Shown: in pieces, positions 1 to 5,932 of the stretch | Position numbering within the stretch: position 1 is the stretch's first letter | Layout: the number at the start of each line of letters is the position of its first letter | Assembly: GCA_051747585.1 (NCBI GenBank) | Contig: JBNJGH010000106.1 | Span: forward strand, 1-10,960 | Direction: 5' to 3' | DNA length: 10,960 nucleotides | Origin: Candidatus Rifleibacteriota bacterium | GTDB taxonomy: Bacteria; Muiribacteriota; Ozemobacteria; Ozemobacterales; Ozemobacteraceae | Program-made: the position numbers and the translations under genes | The notes under the pieces: model-generated | The model's database searches: none | What the model saw: only the letters and a program-made list of their open reading frames with translations | What the model was told of the DNA's origin: nothing

Positions 1-247
1 GGATATGATTGGGCATTAAAACAAATTCATCCAATTTTGCCCATGCAAAACGTTCGGTTATCCTGTCCCAACATTCGCAGACAATTTCACCAATTTCTGA
101 TACCGACATTTTACCGCTGTCTATCTTGCCAAAAAAACATTTGCGGCCTTTTGTACAAATTGTCACAAAATACGCAGAATTCCAACCATAGTCCCAATGC
201 CTGACCCTGGCAGATTCGATGCGATATTTGTTCTGAAATTTTTTCAT
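1..247 (-). CDS. RAYT / Y1_Tnp (IS200-like HUH tyrosine transposase family) protein, 5' part only, runs off the window edge
   Basis: Manual translation from ATG at 247: MKKFQNKYRIESARVRHWDYGWNSAYFVTICTKGRKCFFGKIDSGKMSVSEIGEIVCECWDRITERFAWAKLDEFVLMPNHI, with the next codon starting with C (consistent with His). It has the R-x-x-x-W/Y-D-Y, Y-F-V-T-I-C-T and F-V-x-M-P-N-H-x-H (HUH) motifs typical of RAYT-like proteins. AGGA SD lies upstream. It is not in the ORF track because no stop falls in the window. Confidence 0.88.
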   Translation of the reverse strand, partial: MKKFQNKYRIESARVRHWDYGWNSAYFVTICTKGRKCFFGKIDSGKMSVSEIGEIVCECWDRITERFAWAKLDEFVLMPNHI

Positions 248-259
248 TGTTCCTGCAGG

Positions 260-655
260 TCATGTTCCAGGATAAGGCAATAGATTTAGCTCTTCAATAA
301 AGCGGTAGTCTTTCTGGTTCTTGCTTATTAAAGACTTTTGCGAAATAATTGCAGTGGCAGCTATCAATGCATCTGGAATTAAAAGGTTATGACTCAGGAA
401 ATATTTGCTGATAAGCTCAATTGTTTTATGGGTGACTTCAGGTGATAATGCGTTGATATGAAATTCTTCCAGAAATTTGTTAGTTTCTTTTAGCTCATTT
501 TTATTGCGGCAGCCAACAATAATTTCCAATTTAGTAATCGCCGAAATTTCAAGCTGATGATCTTTTTCAAGCCTTTGCAGACATTTAATCGCTACTTCAT
601 CATCATGTGCCAGGTCAATCAGAATGTCAGTATCGACAATGACTGCACTATGCAT
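260..655 (-). CDS. vapC: PIN-domain ribonuclease, VapC-family type II toxin
   Basis: 131 aa with N-terminal VIVDTDILID, SAITKLE, PDALIAATA and C-terminal SKNQKDY, the acidic PIN active-site pattern. Its start overlaps the antitoxin stop by 8 nt (ATGCATAG). Confidence 0.9.
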   Translation of the reverse strand: MHSAVIVDTDILIDLAHDDEVAIKCLQRLEKDHQLEISAITKLEIIVGCRNKNELKETNKFLEEFHINALSPEVTHKTIELISKYFLSHNLLIPDALIAATAIISQKSLISKNQKDYRFIEELNLLPYPGT

Positions 656-896
656 CTTTCTGGCCCCAGTGTTCTTTGCGGATATTTTTTACAAAACCAA
701 CACTGTCGCTGGTTTCTTCACGGTCTTTCCACATGCCGATGAACTTTCCCTGGATTACAGACTTTCGTTTTTTTTCTGGCTTAGTTTTTTCTAATTCAAG
801 GCTTTTGCGCAAAAGATCAATAAACTCTTTCACAAGTTTATGCGCCTTTGGTGGCAGATTATCAAGTTCTTTGATGATAACATCTTTGCTGGTCAT
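648..896 (-). CDS. Putative antitoxin (DUF2281-like), 82 aa
   Basis: The true start is probably ATG at 896 (MTSKDVIIKELDNLPPKAHKLVKEFIDLL...FIGMWKDRE...IRKEHW), with SD GGGAGGG at 907-901. The upstream part of the 139-aa track ORF runs through tmRNA. LP-x(6)-V-x-x-F-I-x-x-L and FIGMWKDR resemble small antitoxins found upstream of PIN genes. Confidence 0.78.
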   Translation of the reverse strand: MTSKDVIIKELDNLPPKAHKLVKEFIDLLRKSLELEKTKPEKKRKSVIQGKFIGMWKDREETSDSVGFVKNIRKEHWGQKDA

Positions 897-914
897 AGAT
901 CCCTCCCATTTAGC

Positions 915-952
915 AAAAGCTCGCCCGCTTTTTTCTAAAGCGGACGAGTTTT
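915..952 (-). terminator. Intrinsic terminator hairpin 3' of ssrA
   Basis: Minus strand reads AAAACTCGTCCGCTTT-AGAAA-AAAGCGGGCGAG-CTTTT: a 12-bp stem with one G:U and a short U-run, starting ~8 nt after the tmRNA 3' end. Confidence 0.75.
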
Positions 953-959
953 CAAACAG

Positions 960-1319
960 TGGAGGCGGCGGGAATCGAACCCGCGTCCGGAAAGTTTCAC
1001 AGACACCGTCTACCATTATAGCCTGCAATTGATTTTTTAAGGCTTTCGCTACCCACAGGCAGGTCACTACTCACCCGATCCGTCTGGTTTGTCTCGACTT
1101 AAGACCCCAGTGGCCCAGTCTTAAGTCCAGCCGGTTTTGTCGTCGGCCTTCCCGGAGATTACCGGCAGAATCTATCGGGAGACCGTCGAGCCTATCTTAG
1201 GCTGCGAGTGCTAGATCTTCGTTAGCAATTATTGTTTGATCGATTTTTTACGAGGCCCTTCGATCAACCTCGAATGGCAGGTGGCAGCTCACTCTTCCCG
1301 TCGAAACCAGATCGCCCCC
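960..1319 (-). ncRNA. ssrA: tmRNA (transfer-messenger RNA), one-piece, ~360 nt
   Basis: The 5' end GGGGGCGATCTGGTTTCGAC pairs with 3' CGCCTCC-A and includes the G3:U alanine identity pair. T-arm is GCGGG-TTCGATT-CCCGC and an internal tag ORF is present. CCA is not fully encoded (A-CTG follows). Confidence 0.97.
1197..1226 (-). other. tmRNA proteolysis-tag reading frame (A)ANEDLALAA*
   Basis: AATAATT-GCT AAC GAA GAT CTA GCA CTC GCA GCC TAA. The upstream context is typical for a resume codon, the C-terminus is ALAA, and the stop lies in the hairpin AGCCTA-AGA-TAGGCT. Confidence 0.92.
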
Positions 1320-1356
1320 GATTTCGCCGGGTGATTGAAAGCTCACCACTATTAAC

Positions 1357-1385
1357 AGTATAACTCTTTTACACCGATAAATCAA
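1357..1385 (-). promoter_or_regulatory. sigma70-type promoter of ssrA
   Basis: TTGATT (1385-1380), 17-nt spacer, TATACT (1362-1357). This gives a ~30-nt precursor leader before the mature 5' end. Confidence 0.7.
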
Positions 1386-1401
1386 CGTCAGCCCTCAGAA
1401 G

Positions 1402-1593
1402 TAGTTATTCTCCATTTGTTTGTCAACAACTGTTTCAAGTCATTTAGATTGCTTCGCTTTGCTCGCAATGACAATTTGGGGCTGTCATTGCGAGGAGTGA
1501 AACGACGAAGCAATCTTTAATCGTCTAAACTTTATTGCCCATAAAAAAATAAATGTATTGAAACCTGCTTAGAGTATTAAATGGAGAACTAAT
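1402..1593. mobile_element. Candidate MITE-like non-autonomous element (outer imperfect inverted repeats plus flanking direct repeat)
   Basis: TTCTCCATTT (1408-1417) / AAATGGAGAA (1579-1588) and GTTTCAAgtCATTTA (1432-1446) / TAAATGtaTTGAAAC (1550-1564) share the same symmetry axis. Flanks are GCCCTCAGAAG (1391-1401) and GCTCTCAGAAG (1594-1604). Confidence 0.45.
1446..1516. repeat. REP-like palindromic doublet (GTCATTGCGAG...GAAGCAATCT type)
   Basis: The left arm AGATTGCTTCG-CTTTG-CTCGCAATGACA (1446-1473) and right arm TGTCATTGCGAG-GAGTGAAACGA-CGAAGCAATCT (1483-1516) pair over 11+12 bp around a 9-nt loop. Each arm also has its own ATTGC/GCAAT stem. Confidence 0.85.
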
Positions 1594-1637
1594 GCTCTCA
1601 GAAGAGAATAGTTTTCGCTGACCGGAGACATGCTTTA

Positions 1638-1666
1638 TTGAGGTTAGCTTGAAAAACTGTTAAAAT
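1638..1666 (+). promoter_or_regulatory. Putative sigma70 promoter of the GAF-domain gene
   Basis: TTGAGG (1638-1643), 17-nt spacer, TAAAAT (1661-1666), with an extended -10 TG at 1658-1659. Confidence 0.5.
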
Positions 1667-1714
1667 CTTTCTGGAACAAATAAGAAAGTTATGAAATCAA
1701 CCGGAGAAGCCTGA

Positions 1715-2614
1715 ATGCAATTACAAAAACGAATGGAAAGTCTTGAACAGATTATTTCCATGGGGGAGCAACTTTTAACCACCTTTGATGTTTGCGAGCT
1801 GTTAGACAGTCTTGTAACCAATATCTGCGTTCTTCTCGGAGCCGACGGAGCCACCCTTTATCTTGTAGATCCAATCGGCAAAAAGCTTGTTTCGCAAAGC
1901 ATTAAAAGCGACAATGTAGAAGAAATCGCCCTTAACATAGACAACTCATCAATTGCCGGGCATACAGCCCTCAGTCGCAAAAGCCTCAACATCAAAGACG
2001 TCTACGCCGATCTTTCAAACATTCATCCAGACCTGCGCTTCAACCAGAAAATTGACGCTCAGAGCGGCAAACGAACTCGAAATGTAATTACCGCTCCGTT
2101 AATTATTCATGACGATCTTATCGGTGTATTTCAGGTGCTTAATAAACGAGAAGGTGACTTCAGCGAAGATGACCAGATGATATTGCGCAATTTCTGTGTA
2201 GTGGCCGGAATAGCAATAATGAATGCCCGCCTGATGGAAAGAGTTCTCGAAGCACAATCAAGCCACAACGCTGTCATAGAAAACATTTCTGACCTTGTTG
2301 TCGTACAAAATGTGGAAAATATTATTTTGCATCTGAACAAAAGCGCAATGGAATACATAGATGAAAAAAATCCCGGCTGCAAGCCCCTGGGAAAAAAGTT
2401 TGCCGAAGTTTTTCCGGAATTCGCAAACCTGAAAGGACAAATTCACAGGGTAATAGACCATCAGCTTGATAAATGCGTTTCAAACAGCTATCCATCCTAC
2501 GTAATTCTGACAGAAAAGAATTTCAAACAGGAAATTGAAAAGGTAATTCTGATTCTTCGTAAAAACGAGCAGAAAGATATATTACCACCATGCAATCAAT
2601 ATCCCAAAGACTAA
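1715..2614 (+). CDS. GAF-domain sensor protein with a C-terminal PAS-like region
   Basis: 299 aa with GAF hallmarks: ADGATLYLVD, SIAGHTA, NIKDVYAD...PDLRFN..ID..SGKRTRNVITAPL, GVFQVLNK...FSEDD. These are followed by VIENISDLVVV...ILHLNKSA (PAS-like). GGAG SD upstream. Confidence 0.85.
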   Translation: MQLQKRMESLEQIISMGEQLLTTFDVCELLDSLVTNICVLLGADGATLYLVDPIGKKLVSQSIKSDNVEEIALNIDNSSIAGHTALSRKSLNIKDVYADLSNIHPDLRFNQKIDAQSGKRTRNVITAPLIIHDDLIGVFQVLNKREGDFSEDDQMILRNFCVVAGIAIMNARLMERVLEAQSSHNAVIENISDLVVVQNVENIILHLNKSAMEYIDEKNPGCKPLGKKFAEVFPEFANLKGQIHRVIDHQLDKCVSNSYPSYVILTEKNFKQEIEKVILILRKNEQKDILPPCNQYPKD

Positions 2615-3405
2615 CGTCTATGAGCCTTTAGAACTATCGATTCAATCTCCCGGGGCGACAAATTAATTTGATTTTTACGCCACAATGAAACGAATTCAAT
2701 ATTCTTTTTTCTGCTGACCAGAGGCACAGGAGCAAGCTCCACCAGACTAAGGCAACTCTCTTGCGATATGTCATCAACAAGATCGCCTATAACACGGATA
2801 TGAGTCTGACTGTCTTTAATTACTCCCCCGGCAGGCACCATGTCACGCGACGCTTCGAACTGCGGCTTGATCAAGGCAATTACCGAGCCTGTATCTCTTA
2901 AAACCTCAGCTGCTTTTGGTAGAATCATACGCAAAGAGATAAAAGAAACATCGGCGACTACAAGATCAAAAGACTCACCAAGTTCATCCTTTTCTATTGT
3001 GCGAAAATTAGTTCTATCTTTTACGACTATACGCGCGTCACTTTTAATTCTGGCATCAAGCTGGCCATATCCCACGTCGAGCGCAACAATTTCGGCCGCA
3101 TTATTTTCCAGTAAAACATGGGTAAAGCCTCCGGTTGAAGCGCCAATATCCAGGCAACGCATTTTTTCCGGATTAAATGAAAAGGTTTTCAAAGCCTCTT
3201 CCAGCTTTAAACCACCTTTAGACACCCACTTGCAGGTTTTGCTTTTAACTTCGAGCTTTGTATCAACAGGTATCTTTTCTCCAGCCTTATCCCATAGACG
3301 ATCACCGGTTCGAATTTCACCGGCCATTATCATTCTTCTTGCTTTATCGACGTTTTCTGCAAGTTCCTGCCTGACAACCAACTCATCAACTCTAATCTTT
3401 TTCAT
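2611..3405 (-). CDS. tlyA: TlyA-family rRNA (cytidine-2'-O)-methyltransferase (S4 + FtsJ domains)
   Basis: RVDELVV S4 start, VSKGGLKL, LDIGASTGGFT, DVGYGQL, DVSFISL and LIKPQFE are all TlyA signature motifs. Confidence 0.95.
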   Translation of the reverse strand: MKKIRVDELVVRQELAENVDKARRMIMAGEIRTGDRLWDKAGEKIPVDTKLEVKSKTCKWVSKGGLKLEEALKTFSFNPEKMRCLDIGASTGGFTHVLLENNAAEIVALDVGYGQLDARIKSDARIVVKDRTNFRTIEKDELGESFDLVVADVSFISLRMILPKAAEVLRDTGSVIALIKPQFEASRDMVPAGGVIKDSQTHIRVIGDLVDDISQESCLSLVELAPVPLVSRKKNIEFVSLWRKNQINLSPREIESIVLKAHRR

Positions 3406-3506
3406 AACAAAAGCATTTTACATCCCTTTATTTGCGATAACCAGCTTTTTCCTTTATTTAATCCTGACTAGATTGTATAATTTTAGCGGATCAATCAGGA
3501 GGAAAA

Positions 3507-4334
3507 ATGCGCAGCATTAACTGTGCCGGTTGCGGCAACCCGGTGAAAATACCCGATACTCATCGTTATCCTTTTATAAAATGCAAAAGCTGTGGATCAC
3601 AGGTAAGAGTTCCGCCGCAAAACAAAGAAGAGCCAAAATACAAAATTCTGACTCCGGAACAAAGGCAAAAAATAAGTCAGCCCGAGAATATTCCCACCAA
3701 ATCTTCACCCGAAAAAGAAAATCCCCCTGATCAACAAACAGAAACTTCGGGCAAAAAAAAACACCCCCCACTCCCCGGTGGCAAAAGTTCAGCCGGCTGG
3801 CCGGAAAAACCGCCGACCTACAAAAGAAATAAAAAGCCCGTCAACACCAGAAAAATTCTAATTGACGCGCTCGGGCATGAAGGGCTTGAAATGGTATTTC
3901 AAATGGTGGCCGGCTATCTGGCTGAAGTCGACGAAAATAAAAAAAGAAAGAAAAAAAACCGGGTAATTCAAAATATCATGCGCTCTAAAATTACGGCAGA
4001 TGTTGCCGCCAGAGCAGTAATTTTTGCAGAAAAAGCAGAAGAAACTCATCAGATACTCTGGAACAACTACAAATTCGGTCTTTTTGTCGGTCTGGGAATC
4101 TTCGCAACAGGGTTACTGATCTCGATTTTCGTGCACATACTTGCGAACCCCGGCCGAGGTTTCTTTCTTTTTCAGGTACCTTTCGCAGTGGGGCTGGCTT
4201 ACGCCGCCAACTCGGCCTTTAATATGCTCGAACTCAAATTCGATTATTTAAGATCGGCATTGGTTCACTATATTTTCATGACCCTGATTACTCTTATAAT
4301 TGCATCATACGTTATCTGGGGCCTGTTTTTTTAA
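3507..4334 (+). CDS. Hypothetical membrane protein with an N-terminal zinc ribbon
   Basis: AGGAGG SD; CAGC-x16-CKSC; a Pro/Lys-rich linker; about three C-terminal hydrophobic helices. TATAAT at 3476-3481 upstream. Confidence 0.75.
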   Translation: MRSINCAGCGNPVKIPDTHRYPFIKCKSCGSQVRVPPQNKEEPKYKILTPEQRQKISQPENIPTKSSPEKENPPDQQTETSGKKKHPPLPGGKSSAGWPEKPPTYKRNKKPVNTRKILIDALGHEGLEMVFQMVAGYLAEVDENKKRKKKNRVIQNIMRSKITADVAARAVIFAEKAEETHQILWNNYKFGLFVGLGIFATGLLISIFVHILANPGRGFFLFQVPFAVGLAYAANSAFNMLELKFDYLRSALVHYIFMTLITLIIASYVIWGLFF

Positions 4335-5695
4335 TCAATTCTATTAAAAGCTTCCATGCGCTTGAGCTGCTTTCTTTCGCGTAAAAAGAAAAAGGTTGTT
4401 AAAGCAAGAGCTCCAAGATCAGAACCGGGCATGGCATACCAGATACCGTCAAGACCCATGTAAACCGGAAAAATGAGCAACATTGGGATAAGAAATACGA
4501 CCTGTCTGAAAATAGTTAGCGCAAGGCTTATTTTAGGCCGGCCGGTGAACTGAAAATAATTTCCGGTAATAATTAAATAGCCGATCAACGGCAAAACACA
4601 GAGGAATTTTTTAATTGCATCAGCACCGAGAGCAACAAAGTCTGACCTATTGTCGCTAGTAAAAAGCATAAAAATATATTCAGGAAACAGCATTATAACA
4701 GCAAAAAAGAAGGTACACATTGCAATCGCTACTAAAATTGCACGATACAGGGCTTTCTTAACTCTATCCGGGCGACAGGCACCATAATTGTAACCGACGA
4801 TTGGCTGAAGCCCCTGGGATATTCCTATTACGGGCATAAGCCAGATAAAATTAAAACTCATAAGTACGCCCATCACAGATATGGCCAGCTCACCGCCATA
4901 AACAGATAGCTGATTATTGAAGATAGACATCTGAACACTGGTAATTACACTCATTATGAAATGCGGCGAACCCATTACCATTACCTGCCAGACAGAAGCC
5001 AACTTCATGGTAAAGTTTCTTAAATACAGCTTCACCTCGCTGTTACCGCTCAAATAATAATAAAGCACCCAGGCCGCAGAAATGCTGTATCCCAGAACTG
5101 TTGCCCAGGCAGCGCCCTCCATTCCCCAACCGAACATGGCAATAAAAATATAGTCAAAAATGACATTTAAAACACCGCCAATCAGCATGGTAGCCATTGC
5201 GATCCTGGGATTGCCCTCTCCTCGAATAAAGCTGTTAACCCCGAAAGAGATCTGATTTGGAAGAACACCCAGCAATACAATGCCCAGATAAGGTCTGGCA
5301 TAAGGAAGAATCTTCTCGGTAGCGCCAAATAAAATAAGTAAATCATCTAGCAAAAAAAGGCCAACCGAGGTCAACGCTAAAGAAGTTAATAGAAAAAGCA
5401 AAAAGCCCTGGCCCAGCAGCTCTTCGGCCTCATCCTGTTTTTTTTCTCCAAGCTTTATGGAAATCTGAGAGTTTGTTCCAAAACCGACCAGCATCCCAAA
5501 TGCCATAATAATCATCATCATTGGCATGGAAACAGTGGTAGCAGCTATTCCGACTTCTCCGACAAATCGACCGAGAAATATTCTGTCAACTATATTGTAC
5601 AGCGAAGTAACAATTGTTCCCGCCATGGCCGGCAGAGAAAACTTTAACAATAAACGAGATATTGGCAGATTTTCTAGTTCGCTGGTTTGTTTCAC
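4331..5695 (-). CDS. MATE-family efflux transporter (MepA-like)
   Basis: 454 aa, GTG start. Motifs include LLLKFSLPAM, LYNIVDRIFLG, IRGEGNP, NVIFDYIFI..FGWGMEGAAWAT and QGLQPIVGYNYGA, with ~12 hydrophobic segments. Confidence 0.95.
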   Translation of the reverse strand: MKQTSELENLPISRLLLKFSLPAMAGTIVTSLYNIVDRIFLGRFVGEVGIAATTVSMPMMMIIMAFGMLVGFGTNSQISIKLGEKKQDEAEELLGQGFLLFLLTSLALTSVGLFLLDDLLILFGATEKILPYARPYLGIVLLGVLPNQISFGVNSFIRGEGNPRIAMATMLIGGVLNVIFDYIFIAMFGWGMEGAAWATVLGYSISAAWVLYYYLSGNSEVKLYLRNFTMKLASVWQVMVMGSPHFIMSVITSVQMSIFNNQLSVYGGELAISVMGVLMSFNFIWLMPVIGISQGLQPIVGYNYGACRPDRVKKALYRAILVAIAMCTFFFAVIMLFPEYIFMLFTSDNRSDFVALGADAIKKFLCVLPLIGYLIITGNYFQFTGRPKISLALTIFRQVVFLIPMLLIFPVYMGLDGIWYAMPGSDLGALALTTFFFLRERKQLKRMEAFNRID

Positions 5696-5932
5696 TGGTC
5701 TCTGACCTTATAAGTTTTAAGTTGCTTATATTAGCATAAATATTAATCGGTTTGGGTTCTTATTGCTGTTAAAATTATACAACTGCAACAAGTATTGGCA
5801 GCGACATAAATTGCACAAAAATGGTGGCATATAAATGTTTAAATATTTTTATTTTTTTGCAACATAAAATTGTATTTTGACGTATTACAATTGAGGGTAG
5901 TTTTTTCACTCAAAAAATGTGGAGGGAAATTT

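Noticed and set aside
9..191. 60-aa plus-strand ORF
   Set aside because: It is antisense to the RAYT-like gene and has no recognisable motifs.
1..960. Integrase-type genomic island with att duplication at ssrA
   Set aside because: No integrase and no second copy of the ssrA 3' end are visible in the window. It cannot be excluded beyond the left edge.
957..990. Apparent tRNA (T-arm and acceptor half)
   Set aside because: It is the tRNA-like domain of tmRNA. The matching 5' strand is 360 nt away and there is no anticodon arm.
557..1032. Plus-strand ORFs 557..742 and 676..1032
   Set aside because: These are antisense shadows of vapC, the antitoxin and tmRNA.
897..1067. N-terminal 57 aa of the 139-aa track ORF (648..1067)
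   Set aside because: It is a translation of the tmRNA 3' end and terminator. A strong SD supports the start at 896.
1391..1604. CRISPR array or attC integron cassette site
   Set aside because: There are no regularly spaced direct repeats with unique spacers, no cas or intI gene, and no convincing RYYYAAC/GTTRRRY ends on the palindrome.
1712..1714. TGA recoding (selenocysteine or alternative genetic code)
   Set aside because: TGA ends vapC, the nitroreductase and the methyltransferase at their expected lengths, and no SECIS-like hairpin is evident after 1714.
2840..3520. 226-aa plus-strand ORF
   Set aside because: It is the Ser-rich antisense frame of the well-conserved tlyA, with no independent coding evidence.
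5870..5932. Track start (TTG) of the 463-aa ORF
   Set aside because: ATG 5933 has a GGAGGG SD and puts the signal peptide at the N-terminus.
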